The position numbers and the translations under genes are program-made. A stretch of DNA of 64,000 nucleotides from Eledone cirrhosa (lineage: Eukaryota): NCBI GenBank assembly GCA_964016885.1, contig OZ024754.1, positions 32,860,001 through 32,924,000 on the forward strand, written 5' to 3'. The notes under the pieces are model-generated. The model made no database searches. It saw only the letters and a list, made by a program, of their open reading frames with translations, and was not told where the DNA came from. Position 1 is the first letter of the stretch. The number at the start of each line of letters is the position of its first letter. Positions 15,931 to 32,772 of the stretch are shown piece after piece.

Positions 15931-15969
<39 letters not shown>

Positions 15970-16010
15970 CGAAACATAAGTCAATTGCATGAACTCATAA
16001 TACTTTATTT

Positions 16011-16065
16011 ATTGCTATATATATTCGATGATAGCCATTGAATGGCTATGACCTCATCAGGCAGT
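16011..16065 (-). ncRNA. Degenerate hammerhead-like motif (second family)
   Basis: The minus strand reads ACTGC-CTGATGA-GGTCATAGCCAT(TCA)ATGGCTATCATC-GAA-TATATATA-GCAAT. One core A is missing and stem I pairs at 4 of 5 positions. Confidence 0.45.
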
Positions 16066-17094
16066 TAGTCAGTTCTTAGATATGCCAGCTCTCTCTCTAT
16101 ATATATATACATAAAGAAGCAGCCAGGAAAGTTAACTCTAAATGCTGTAATGTTTAAGCAGAGAATATCTAAAAACAGATTTGTTCATTTAAATGTTCAT
16201 AGTTTCAGTAGTCCTGGACGGATCCATTGCAAAAAAAATGTGAAATATTAGACTTAAAGATTTTAAATATTAACATGATGAAGTCACAATTCTTTTTTCA
16301 GCTTTCCAATGATATTTTGCTAATGCTGTTCCATTTGGTACAGGACATTAGGAGTTAAGTAGCAATAAGATAAATTAAAATAAGATAAATTCAAATGCAA
16401 GCTTTTCCTGTCGTCGCCGCTGCTGCTTCCATGATAGACACCGTGTAACAATTGTAAAAAAAACATGGCTGAGCTTTGTCAAACTTATGGCTCTTTATCA
16501 TCCGCCATGTTGAAACTCTTCAAAGCTGTATACCAAACGTGTATGTTGTATGTAACATACGTGTGTGGTCTTTTTGTTTACGTGTATGAATGTTGGGTTT
16601 GTAGGGTGAATGTGTACGGAGTGGATAAGGTGGTAAGTTGGTAAGTATATATATTATTTTTTTTTTTGGGGGGGGGGGGGGGGGTCAATGTGCGTTTACG
16701 AAAAAATGGAGAGAACGTGTGTACTTATTAATGATGCTGTTGGTGATGGTGGTGGTGTTGTGAATGAGATTGGTGGTGTTGGTGTTGGTGGTAATGTTGT
16801 GAATAAGGTTAGTGCTGGTGATGAGGCTGGTAATAGTAGGGGTGGTGATTATAATGGTGGTGGTGGTAGTGGTGATTATGGTCGTGATGAGGTAGGTGAT
16901 GGTGTTGGTGATAGTAGTAGTAGTGGTTGTGTTGGATCTCCATCTGTTCCGACAATGATAGTTTGTTGGTTCGATCAACGTGATATTAACATGCAAGTGA
17001 CTGAGCATTCCACAGACACGTGGAGCCTTAATAAATGTTCAGCTTGATACAATGTATGACAAGGTTGACTCTTTGTATTACAGGTACAGTACAT

Positions 17095-17333
17095 CAGGCA
17101 TGTCAGACTGAGGGTCCCCAAGGGCCACATGGGTCACTTATGTGTTGTCTGAGGGCCACATGGCTCACATATGTGTTGTCTGAGGGCCACATGGCTCACA
17201 TATGTGTTGTCTGAGGGCCCCACATCACAACTAATTGCGCACATTACAACTAATTTTTGTTTTATTTCATATTACGCTCGGCCTGTGCGGGCCGCAGGTG
17301 TGCTTGTAAAGGGCCGCATGTTTGACATGCCTG
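17095..17333. mobile_element. hAT (Charlie-like) MITE with 8-bp TSD, inserted in a SINE
   Basis: TIRs CAGGCATGTCA and TGACATGCCTG. TSD CAGTACAT at 17087-17094 and 17334-17341. Internal 31-bp tandem repeat. Confidence 0.88.
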
Positions 17334-17574
17334 CAGTACATTTTATAGCATAAGTAGCTGAGTATTCCACAGAGAGGTATTATATATGTCGTTCTCAGGG
17401 AGATTCAGCGTGACACAGTGTGTGATAAGGCCGGCTACTTTGAAATATAGGTACAACTCATTTTTTTCAGCTCAATGAACTGGAAATAAAGTATCATGAT
17501 CTACGATGCAAAGCGCCGCCGGAAATCGAAGTCCTGATTTTACGATGGTGAGTCAAATATACCTGTTTCGTATG

Positions 17575-17790
17575 CAGGGTCAGATGGTTAAGATTTTGAT
17601 TCCCGGTGACGCGTTGTGTCCTTGAGCAAGACACTTTATTTCACGTTGCTTGCAAAAATGGGTTGTATTGTACCTGTAATTCGAAGTGCCAGCATTGTCA
17701 CATTCTGTGTCACACCGAATCTCCCCGAGAATTTCGTTACGGGTACGCGTGTTTGTGGAATGCTCAGCCACTTGCACGTTAATTTCGCGA
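17575..17790 (+). mobile_element. CORE-like SINE family B (related copies at 1990-2415, 16940-17560, 42950-43170, 53130-53250, 60590-60770)
   Basis: GTGTCCTTGAGCAAGACACTTTATTTCACGTTGC plus shared GTCACAC..AATCTCCC..GAGAA..GTGGAATGCTCAGCCACTTGCACGTTAAT. Confidence 0.65.
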
Positions 17791-18954
17791 GCCGTCCATT
17801 AAGCTAGGAAAGAAAAAAAGAAAGAAACTTAGACATACTGATATTTCAATGACCTACGCATGGCGGGGGGTTGGTTGGGGGTTGGCGGCTTAAACAACGG
17901 GACATAAAATGCCTTGCTTAAAGAGACAACCTGCCGGCGGGAATCGAACCTACGGATTTGCAGTCGTGAATCAAACACCCTAACCACTAAGCCATAAGCC
18001 ACGCGCCTTCACTGGCCAATCGTTGTAAAAGACTCCAAACCATTTAATAACAAAACAAGCTTTCCTCTTCCTTCCTCTTTACTCCCCTATAATAACCCCC
18101 CGTCCCAGTCTGTCCCCTAATCACCTCCTGTCCTAGTCCCCACACTGTCCCCTAATCACCCTCTGTCCCAGACATAATGTATTGATAACTCCCTACTAAA
18201 CAGGTTTAGTTGCCCTTTAACACGTATTGTTAGCTTTCTTCTCAAGCATGTTTAATGGTGTTGCTTCTTTTTCTTCTTTTCTGATTAAATATCTTTTGTT
18301 TTACCTTTTTCTGTTGTTTTTCTTTTGGTTTTTGTTTTGAAACCTTGTTTTTTTTCTGTGATGACTCTTTAGTGACAGGTTTTATGTTTTATTTATATTT
18401 ATTATTATTATTATTATTTCGGGAACGGGGTTGTTGGTAGCTATAATTGTCGCTTCCCTAAGTCTGCCACCCCTCCACGCCCGTCTCCTAATAAAATTAT
18501 GGTGACTACTGCTGCTGTAATATTGCTGCTGTTACAGCCGCCACAAAGGCCACCAACACCATCACCACCACCAACACCCATCATCACCACCACCACAATC
18601 AACACCACCACCATCATCACCATCACCATCATCAACATCACCACCACCGTGTCTGATTCTACTTTGCTTTTCCTCCTTCCCAAAGTAGCGAAAGGATAGG
18701 GTTATTTTAGACTGTTGAACAAAATGGTTTGCAGTATTCTTCCAATTCCCCGCGCTCTGAATTCCAAGTCCACCGATTAACTTCAGTATTCACTCTTTTG
18801 GGGTCGATAAATAAAGTACCAATCCAATGCTAGCGTCGACTCTTCCTCTCTCTCTCTTTTGATGGAAGAAATCGGTTGTTAAAATCAGGAGAAGGATGGT
18901 CTCCGCCAGTTTTAAATACTTAACACACTCTGTATATCATTGTAAGACACCTAA

Positions 18955-19170
18955 GGTAGTGGACTGGCAGAATCGGTAGAGCGTCAGACAACATGCTTTG
19001 CGGCATATGGTTACGTCGCTTTACGATCTGAGTTCAAATCCCGCCGAGGGTAACTTTGCCTTTCATCCTTACAGGTTCGATGAAATAAAGAACCAGTAAT
19101 GCACTGGGGTCAATTTAATCGAATTCCCCCTCTCCCACAAATTGTTGGCCTGCCTAAATCAGATACTATC
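18955..19170 (+). mobile_element. tRNA-derived SINE family A (Deu/Nin-like central domain), representative copy
   Basis: A-box-like TGGCAGAATCGG, B-box GAGTTCAAATCC, conserved GCCTTTCATCCTTACGGGGTCGATAAAATAAAGTACCAG. About 25 copies or fragments occur, e.g. 2940, 3740, 11540, 19440, 23735, 32400-32772, 33770-34370, 42660, 43275, 59870, 60380 and 61180. Confidence 0.8.
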
Positions 19171-20088
19171 CTAACACACCTACGACTCAACCAGGAGTAA
19201 TGTACCATGGATTAATGGAGAAAGTGCTGGACAAAATAGTTTGTAATATTCCTTCTGGCTCAGTTCTAATTCCGCCGGAGACAACTTTACGATTAATTCT
19301 TTTGGAATCGATCAATAAAGTACAGAACGAGGTCAGTAGAATCGCGGATCATTAGAATGTCCAACCTGATTATTAGGGGTAATATGTGAACAAAGTTTCC
19401 TGCAATATTTAGTTACGTAATCTTACGTACTTTTGTATGGCAGTATCGGACGCCATGATTTCCAGCATAGTTACGTCCCTTTACGATCTGAGTTCAAATC
19501 CCGCCGAGGTTGACTTTGCCTTTCATCCTTACGGGGTCGATAAAATAAAGTACCGGTAATGAACTGAGTTATTGCTGACCTTGTGCCTAAAGTAGAAACA
19601 GATATATTTTGTTAGTGTTTTTTCTCGTTTTTTCAGGATCGATACTTGTCAGTCAAATATTTGAGCCAATTTGATCAACCAATCACCCCATTTAAAATAT
19701 ATCATAGTCGCCTATCTATCTATCTATTGGATTGATCAGTCGATGGAAAGATAATTAGTAGAGAAAGGGGTGGTGAAAAGAGATGTGTATGATGTGTGTG
19801 TGTTTACATACATGATGTGTATGATATGTGTGTATATATACACACACACATATATGTGTGTGTGTGTGTGTGTATGTACACACACATGGAGATAACTGTG
19901 TATATATATATATATATATATACAGTTGTCCCCAATTATTCGGGAGGTTTACGTTCCTAGAGCACCCGCGAAAAGAAAAAAAACCGCGAATATTAGACGT
20001 GGTCCATAAAAATACCTATAAACGTCGAAAGGGTGTCCAATAGACCGGCAAATACGGTATATTATTATTATTAATAATTTAGCGTTAA

Positions 20089-20137
<49 letters not shown>

Positions 20138-20141
<4 letters not shown>

Positions 20142-20443
20142 ATATTAATAAATGGAAACTATATTTATAAAATCATAATTATTTTATTATATATAGTTCA
20201 AGGGCAACCAAGGCAGTCTTGGTGCACTTTCATCAGATAAAATACAAGATTTGTTTTATAGATATTGACATAACCGTGGAAAAACAACCTTGACGGTTGA
20301 AAGTTCGTTGGATATTGGAAAATATTGAATATATTGAATATTGAATTGTATATTGAATATTTACTCCAGTAAGCTGTTGAGTGCTTTATATCAGTTATAA
20401 ACTGTTAAGCTTGTTGGAATCCCAACAAATTAAATATAACTTC

Positions 20444-20447
<4 letters not shown>
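20138..20447. mobile_element. Divergent H1 element in (TA)n
   Basis: Same outer ends (atattaataaatggaaact... and ...cttctgca-(TA)n) and same inverted-plus-tail arrangement as 22407-22614. Confidence 0.75.
20180..20244 (-). ncRNA. Divergent hammerhead motif (family H1, core GAAC variant, possibly inactive)
   Basis: The minus strand reads TATTTTAT-CTGATGA-AAGTGCACCAAG/CTTGGTTGCCCTT-GAAC-TATATA-TA-ATAAAATA. Stem I pairs perfectly over 8 bp. Stem II has a different sequence but still pairs. Confidence 0.6.
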
Positions 20448-20487
<40 letters not shown>

Positions 20488-20491
<4 letters not shown>

Positions 20492-20915
20492 GTTAAAAGA
20501 ATAGAGGTGTAACACACAAGTTATTATATATTGGTAAACGGAATAGAAAATGCTGACAAATTGTTCACAGTTGAAAAATGGTTTAATTAGGAATAAAAGA
20601 GTATTAGTGATTGTATGGGTTAGCATTCAGTTGTGGCTTTAAGTTTTTAAGTTTTTACCGGTTGCGCATTTCTAAATGCTTTTCAAAAATAATTTTGAGA
20701 TAGTGTGTCCGTGCTAGAGCAAACAGCACGGACACTCTATCTCAAAATTATTTTTGAAAAGCATTTAGAAATGCGCAACCGGTAAAAACTTAAAAACTTA
20801 AAGCCACAACTGAATGCTAACCCATACAATCACTAATACTCTTTTATTCCTAATTAAACCATTTTTCAACTGTGAACAATTTGTCAGCATTTTCTATTCC
20901 GTTTAGCAATATATA
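20488..20915. mobile_element. Fold-back element in (TA)n: 191-bp inverted arms, 9-nt spacer, ~37-nt tail
   Basis: 20525-20715 vs 20725-20915, about 2 mismatches. The right arm encodes ...KNLKPQLNANPYNH*. Confidence 0.8.
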
Positions 20916-22406
20916 TACATATATATATATATATATATTGCTACGAAAAAAAATCTATTTAAAAAATTGCAGAAGATATTTACGATTCCGCGAATATGCG
21001 ATGGTTTCCACGAACAATTATCATTTAGGTTCTAAGGAAAATTCCGTGGATAACTGAAACCGTGAATGTCGGAAGTACACTGTGTATGTATATATATACA
21101 TATATATATACTGTATATATATGGGAGGGCTTGAGCGTATATGTATATATATATATGGGATTAGGTGGTGTTGTGTGTGTGGTGATGTGTTAGGGTGGTG
21201 GTGGTGTGTGGGTGGTGATGTGTTAGGGTGGTGTTTGAGTGGTGTTGTGAGGGTGGTGGTGTAAGGGTGGTGTTGTGAGGGTGGTGGGAGTGCGGTGGTG
21301 TGTGGGGGGTAGGTGGTGTTGGTGGGAGGAGGGGTCAGTGTGGTAATGAGTAGGTGTGCGGGTGGGGTGTAGGTGTTGGTGTGAGGGGATGGGGGGGTGA
21401 TGTCAGGGTGGTAATGTGTAGGTGTTGGTGTGAGGGTGGTGGTGTGGGGTGTGTTGTCGTGGTGGTGATGTCAGGGTGGTAATGTGTATGTGTTGGTGTG
21501 AGGGTGGTGGTGTGGGGTGTGTATAGTGGTGGTGGTGTGTGGTGGTGATGTGTAGGTGAGGGTGGTTTATAAGGGTGGGGTGAAGTAAGACAAGAAAGCT
21601 AATGAAAATTAAGATGGCTGCATCTCAACACAAATATTGTTACTGCACGTGCAGACACTTGAATCTATCACACATTATTTACTGGTCTTCTTCTTCTTCT
21701 CCTTGCTATTGCTGTTTATACTGTTGTTGTTGTCTTTAATACTGTTGTTGTTGCTGCTCTTCTTACTGTTGTTGTCTTTAATACTGTTGTTGTTGTTGTT
21801 GTTTTTGGTGTTGTTGTTATTGCTTCTTTTGGTGTTGTAGTTTGGTGGTGTTGTTTTTGGTGTTATTGTTATTGCTTCTATTGGTGTTGTTGTTGTTGTT
21901 TTTGGTGTTGTTGTTATTGCTTCTTTTGGTATTGTTGTTTTTGGTGTTGTTGTTATTATTGCTTCTTTTGGTGTTGTTGCTGTTATTGCTTCTTTTGGTG
22001 TTGTTGCTGTTATTGCTTCTTTGGTGTTGTTGCTGTTATTGCTTTTTTGGTGTTGTTGGTGTCTTTAATAGTGTTGTTATTGCTGGTGTTGTTGTCATTG
22101 CTGTTTTGGGTGTTGTTGTCGTTGTTGCTATTATTGATGTTATTGCCTCTTTTTGGTGTTGTTGTTGTCTTTGGTATTGCTGTTGTTGTTATTATTGCTG
22201 TTTTTGGTGTTGTTGTTGTATTTGGTATTGCTGTTGTTATTATTATTGCTGTTTTTGGTGTTGTCTATTTCTTCTCTCTTTTTCTTTTAGTTAAAATTAT
22301 CTCCACACTAATTTTGTTTGTCAATATCATTTGGTATTTTTCTTTACACACGTATACATAGAAACCCCAACCACCACATACTCATATATATATATATATA
22401 TATATA

Positions 22407-22614
22407 TACGATATTAATAAATGGAAACTATATTTATAAAAGCATATTTATTTCATTATACATATTTCAGGGATACCAAATTAAATTATGGCATGCCTTC
22501 ATCAGACAAAATACAATATATAACAGTTTTCTCCAAATACTTGTCGAGTGCTTTATATCAGTTATAAAAATATTTACTTGTTGTATCCCAACAATTTTAA
22601 ATAGAACTTTTGCA
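22407..22614. mobile_element. H1 element in (TA)n: inverted hammerhead segment joined to a forward tail
   Basis: 22407-22530 is the minus-orientation hammerhead segment. 22531-22614 is the forward tail ending TTTTGCA-(TA)n. Confidence 0.8.
22449..22513 (-). ncRNA. Type-I minimal hammerhead ribozyme (family H1)
   Basis: The minus strand reads TATTTTGT-CTGATGA-AGGCATGCCA/TGGTATCCCT-GAAA-TATGTA-TA-ATGAAATA. Confidence 0.72.
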
Positions 22615-23129
22615 TATATATATATATATATATAAATGAAAGGTATAGAAAATATTGTAGCAAAAAGCCAACAGTATTCCATAATATATATATATATATA
22701 TATATATATGAACTGCTCCAATTTTACCTAAGTTAATTATCTTCAACTGAACCAGATCAATAATGATCTATAATCATTTGATCCAGAAACATTATATGGA
22801 GTAGCGAAACAATTGTAAACGGGCATTATTAGTATTATTATTATTATTATTCTTTACATTCCTTACATTAAACTAAAACTATGTTGACAATCTTTTAATA
22901 ATGTCTTCCTTGTGAAATTTGTGGTCTTGTTTTGCTTAACTAATTAATATATATATTTATATATATATATATATATATGTAATGTATGTATATATATATA
23001 CTGTATGTATATATATATATAATGTATGTATATATATATAATGTATGTATATATATATATATAATGTATGTATATATATTTATGTAATGTATATATATTT
23101 ATGTAATGTATATATATATGTATATATAA

Positions 23130-23193
<64 letters not shown>

Positions 23194-23266
23194 GTGTGTA
23201 GTTTTGCGAGGTTTTTGATATGAAATCGTGTGTCGAAACAAATATTGTTATACCCTCCCCAGGTAT

Positions 23267-23301
<35 letters not shown>

Positions 23302-23304
<3 letters not shown>

Positions 23305-23404
23305 GGTGTCCCAAAGAATTGTATGCACACTTTGATCACCCGTACAGGCAATATTTATTAGAATGCTGTTGAAATGTGTATATAATTCTTTGGGGGAGAC
23401 CCTG
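23302..23404. mobile_element. Tc1/mariner-type MITE (~100 bp), opposite orientation
   Basis: CAGGGTGTCCCAAA...GGGGAGACCCTG. The interior is the reverse complement of that of 24586-24685. Confidence 0.75.
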
Positions 23405-23962
23405 TGTATATGTATATATATATATATGTGTGTGTATGTATATATAAATGTGTGTATTTGGCGCAGCGTGGATAAAAACCCATCATTTTAATTCATTAGT
23501 AAAACATTGCAGTAATATGAAATTGAGGGGGAGATCATTACTTACCTGGTTTTTCGTAAAAGGTAGACAGATAATCCCAGTTTGTACGGAAGTGACGTGG
23601 ACACGAGATCTCGAAGAGTATCACATGATTGTTACCAAACGTGACCATATGTTAATTCCGTCATGCAACTTCCAGTGTGTAGACGTATGTCAGTTAGTAC
23701 GAGACAATATGAGTTACAAGTTAAGGTATGTACAATAATTGTTTGTTTGTACTTTTGGCACAAGGCCAGCAATTACCCAGTACATTACTGGTACTTTATT
23801 TTATCGATCCCGTAAGGATGAAAGGCAAAATTAACCTCGGCGGGATTTGAACTCAGAACATAATATACAATAATAATACCGTAACGCGTGTTTCTTTGTA
23901 TGTATATGTGTGTATATATATATATATACACATATACATACATATATGTGTATGTATATATA

Positions 23963-24058
<96 letters not shown>

Positions 24059-24090
24059 CACATATATGTTTATATATGTATATATATATA

Positions 24091-24579
<489 letters not shown>

Positions 24580-24585
24580 CACATA

Positions 24586-24685
24586 CAGGGTGTCCCTAAA
24601 ATTGTATACACATTTTAACACCATTCTAATAAATATTGCCTGTACAGGTAATCAAAGTGTGTATTCATTTTTTGGGGACACCCTG
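24586..24685. mobile_element. Tc1/mariner-type MITE (100 bp)
   Basis: TA-CAGGGTGTCCC...GGGACACCCTG-TA. Confidence 0.82.
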
Positions 24686-24944
24686 TATATATATACATAT
24701 ATACACACACACACTAGACATAGATTTTGTGGTCTCGTGTATTTATTGTTACTAATGGATGCTATTGGTGTTTATTTTTGTTATTTTCTTTTATTAGGCA
24801 CGAATTGATATTTCAATTGACATGGCTTTTATCCATGACTCTGTAGCTGGGATCATCCTTCTTTGTCGTGTTTTATATCAGGGACTACTCGGGCAGATGT
24901 TACATGTCTCTTATCAGTACAGCTGAGTTCGGTACTGTTTTTCA

Positions 24945-25610
24945 GAGACGCGATAGATGACATATCGGGCTTGCAATCTAAAGGTTGTGAATTCGATTCT
25001 CGGACCGGGTGATGCGTTGTGTCCTTCAGCAAGACACTTTATTTCACATTGCTCCAGTTTACTCAGCTGTAGAAATGAGTTGCAACATCACTGGTGCCAA
25101 GCTGGTGCCTTTCCCTTGGACAACATCGGTGGTGTGGAGAGGGGAGGCTGGTATGCATGGGTGACTGCTGGTCTCCCTTAAACAACCATGCCCAGACTTG
25201 TGGTCTCTCTTAAACAACCTTGTCCAGACTTGTGGTCTTCCTTAAACAACCTTGCCCAGACTTGGGGTCTTCCTTAAACAACCTTGCCCAGACTTGGGGT
25301 CTTCCTTAAACAACCTTGCCCAGACTTGTGGTCTCTCTTAAACAACCTTGCCCAGACTTGGGGTCTTCCTTAAACAACCTTGCCCAGACTTGGGGTCTTC
25401 CTTAAACAACCTTGCCCAGACTTGGGGTCTCCCTTAAACAACCTTGTCCATACTTGTGGTCTTCCTTAAACAACCTTGTCCATACTTGTGGTCTTCCTTA
25501 AACAACCTTGTCCATACTTGTGGTCTTCCTTAAACAACCTTGCCCGGACTTGTCTCGGTGGGAAACTTTCTAGGTGTAAATCACATGGTCATTCGTCACC
25601 GAAGGAGGTC
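24945..25610 (+). mobile_element. CORE-like SINE containing an expanded 31-bp minisatellite (~12 units, 25170-25550)
   Basis: GAATTCGATTCT...GTGTCCTTCAGCAAGACACTTTATTTCAC head; unit CTTAAACAACCTTGCCCAGACTTGTGGTCTTC. Confidence 0.72.
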
Positions 25611-27265
25611 TTTTTCTTCGATGATATTGGTGGACTGTTTAGTCACAACCTAAGAAGTGGTAACGGTGAGCAGTTTGGGGTGCGAAGGTGGCAGTGGTTG
25701 CAGTGGTGTTTTTTTATTTTTTAGTATGAAAATGATGATGTTAATGATATTGGTGATGATGGCTATGACAGTGGTGGCGGTGGTGGTGGTGATGATGGCT
25801 ATGACAATGGTGGTGGTGGTGGTGGTGGTGTGGCTATGACAATGGTGGTGGTGGTGGTGGCGATGGCTATGTCAGTGGTGGTGATGGCAGTGGTGGTGGT
25901 GATGGCTATGGCGGCGGTGGTGGTGGTGGTGATGGCTATGACAGTGATGGTGGTGGTGGTGATGATGGCTATGACAGTGATGGTGGTGGCGGTGGTGATG
26001 GCTATGACAGTGATGGTGGTGGTGGTGATGATGGCTATGACAGTGATGGTGGTGGTGGTGGTGATGGCTATGACAGTGGTGGTGATGGCTATGGCAGTGG
26101 TGATGGTGGTGGTGGTGGTGATGATGGCTATGGCGGTGGTGGTGGTGGTGATGGCTATGACAATGGTGGTGGTGATGGCTATGTCAGTGGTGGTGGTGAT
26201 GGCTATGGCGGCGGTGGTGGTGGTGATGATGGCTGTGACAGTGATGGTGGTGGTGATGGCTATGACAGTGATGGTGGTGGTGGTGATGATGGCTATGACA
26301 GTGATGGTGGTGGCGGTAGTGATGGCTATGACAGTGGTGGTGGTGGTGGTGATGATGGCTATGACAGTGATGGTGGTGGTGGTAGTGATGGCTATGACAG
26401 TGGTGGTGGTGGTGGTGATGATGGCTATGACAGTGATGGTGGTGGCGGTAGTGATGGCTATGACAGTGGTGGTGGTGGTGGTGGTGTGGTAGAAGTGGCG
26501 ATGGCGATGATGATGCCATTGACAGTGATGTTGACGAATATGACGAGCGACGACGACGACGCCGACGACGCCGACGACGATAAAATGACGATGACGATGA
26601 CAACGCCGACGACGCCAACGACGACGACGCCAACGACGACGACGACGATGACAACGCCGACGACGCCAACGACGACGACGCCAACGACGACGACGACGAT
26701 GACAACGCCGACGACGCCAACGACGACGATGCCAACGACGACAACGACGACGATGACAACGCCGACGACGCCAACGACGTCGATGACAACGCCGACGACG
26801 CCAACGACGACGATGCCAACGACGACGACGACGACGATGACAACGCCGACGACGCCAACGACGACGACGCCAACGACGACGACGCCAACGACGACGACGA
26901 CGACGATGACAACGCCGACGACGCCAACGACGACGATGCCAACGACGACAACGACGACGATGACAACGCCGACGACGCCAACGACGACGATGCCAACGAC
27001 GACAACGACGACGATGACAACGCCGCCGACGACGCCAACAACGACGATGACAACGCCGCCGACGACGCCAACAACGACGATGACAATGACAACGCCGACG
27101 ACACCGACACCGACAACGACGATGACGCGATGTCGTTAACGACGACAATAATAATAGCGGTGGTTTTGTTGTTTTATGATGACTGTTGACAGTTGCTGTT
27201 GGGCTTCGTGTCGGGTCGGGTCGGGTCGGGTCGGGTCGGGCTGGACCTTGAGCGTGCGTGCGTGC

Positions 27266-27351
<86 letters not shown>

Positions 27352-27789
27352 GTGTAGGGATGAGGCGGTGGGTGACAAGGATGATGAGAATAAATGGATG
27401 CTGGTAAAAAAAAACAAAATAAACGATTGGACATTATATTCAGCTGATGTATTATTCCGTGTGTGATCGCTAAATAAACGCCGTGTATTGCTATCCAGGC
27501 AATTGTGAAAAGTCTCTAAACTCCGGAGAATTGTCTAAACTTGTCTTATATAAAGGTGGACCAGATGGTGTTAACTCAACCACCCACCAGCCGACATATT
27601 GTCAACCTTTCTTCAAACGTTATTTCATTTATTTATTGTTTTATTTGTTTATTGTTTGTTTGTTTGTTTGTTTTTTTGTTTGTTTGTCTTTGTTTATGTT
27701 TGTGTTTTATTATATTATCTCCTATTTTTTGTCTCTTTTTTTTTTTTTTTCTTTTTTTTTTTTCGTATGTGGTATCTTTCTCCCTCTCA

Positions 27790-31745
<3,956 letters not shown>

Positions 31746-32399
31746 TTTCATTTTCAGTGTGCTATTTTACACTCCAACACACACGCACACTGTTTGTCTT
31801 TCGCTTTTGCACACACTGTGTATGCATATGTATGGGCCTTTATGTGTGTGTGTGTGTGTATCTCTGTGTGTGTGTTCGTATGACCGTGGGAGCGTGTTTG
31901 TGAATGAACGGCTCCATGGTCACGTGTGTAGTCGGTCAGAAATGGACGTTTTGTTTATGTTTTTGTTTGTTTGTCGGATCACTAACTCATCATCGCTTAT
32001 CAACTGCAATTAATGGTGGTGGGGATTATTGTGGTGGTGGTGGTGGTGGTGCTGGTGGTGGTGTGGTGCTGGTGGTGGTGGTGGTAGTGGTGGTGGTTAG
32101 TAGTGGTCTCGTTGTTGGTGGTATTGATGATGATACTGATGGTGTTGATGAAGGTGGTGGTGATGTTGGTGGTGAATGTGGTGATGGTGGTGGTGGTGAG
32201 TGTAAGGATAATGGTGATGGTGGTGGTGGTGATGGTGGTGGTGCTGATAGTCGCAGTGATAGTTGTAGTGGTGGTGGTAAGTGGGAATGAGAGTGGTGAT
32301 GATAGTGATGGTGTTGATGGAGGTAATGTGGTGGTGATGGCGATGATGATGATTGTGGTGGTGATGGTGATGTCGACGAAAGCGATGACAACAACGATG

Positions 32400-32772
32400 A
32401 TAATAATTGTTTCTACTTTAGGCACAAGGCCGCCAGCAATCACCCCAGTGCATTACTGGTACTTTATTTTATCGACCCCCGTATGGATGAAAAACAAAAT
32501 TAACTTCGGCAGGATTTGAACTCAGAATATAAAGGGCCGTAACTCTATGCTGCAAAGCATGGTGTCTGACGCTCCACCGATACTGCCAATCCACCGCCTT
32601 ATAATTGTTTCTACTTTTGGCACAAGGCCAGCAATTATCCCAGTGTATTACTGGTACTTTATTTTATCGACTCCGTAAGGATGAAAGGCAAAGATAATCT
32701 CGGTGGGATTTGAACCCAGAACGTAAAGGGCCGTAACTCTATCTTCTACCGATACTTCCAATCTACCGCCCT
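32400..32772 (-). mobile_element. Tandem pair of SINE family A (duplicate at 38240-38611)
   Basis: Two successive reverse-complement copies of the family A consensus. Confidence 0.78.

Larger units (their letters stand above)
19923..21082. mobile_element. Tigger/pogo-like MITE split by nested fold-back insertions
   Basis: Left end TA-CAGTTGTCCCC...CCGCGAA and right end CCGTGGATAACTGAAACCGTGAAT...ACACTG. The internal (TA)n hosts two fold-back elements. Confidence 0.5.

Noticed and set aside
18955-19045. Possible tRNA genes at GAGTTCAAATCC motifs
   Set aside because: These are tRNA-derived SINE heads. I could not form a cloverleaf, and they continue into SINE body sequence.
22785-22830. CGAAACAATTGTA hammerhead 3'-half-like motif (similar hints at 8200-8250 and 24445-24465)
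   Set aside because: No CUGANGA or stem I partner found, so it cannot be supported as a ribozyme.
25799-27148. Protamine-like Arg-rich and Thr/Pro mucin-like ORFs
   Set aside because: (GAC)n/(GGT)n repeat expansions; low complexity only.
31880-31923. Hairpin TGACCGTGGGAGC...GCTCCATGGTCA as a pre-miRNA
   Set aside because: The stem is only ~12 bp, too short, and I recognise no known miRNA.
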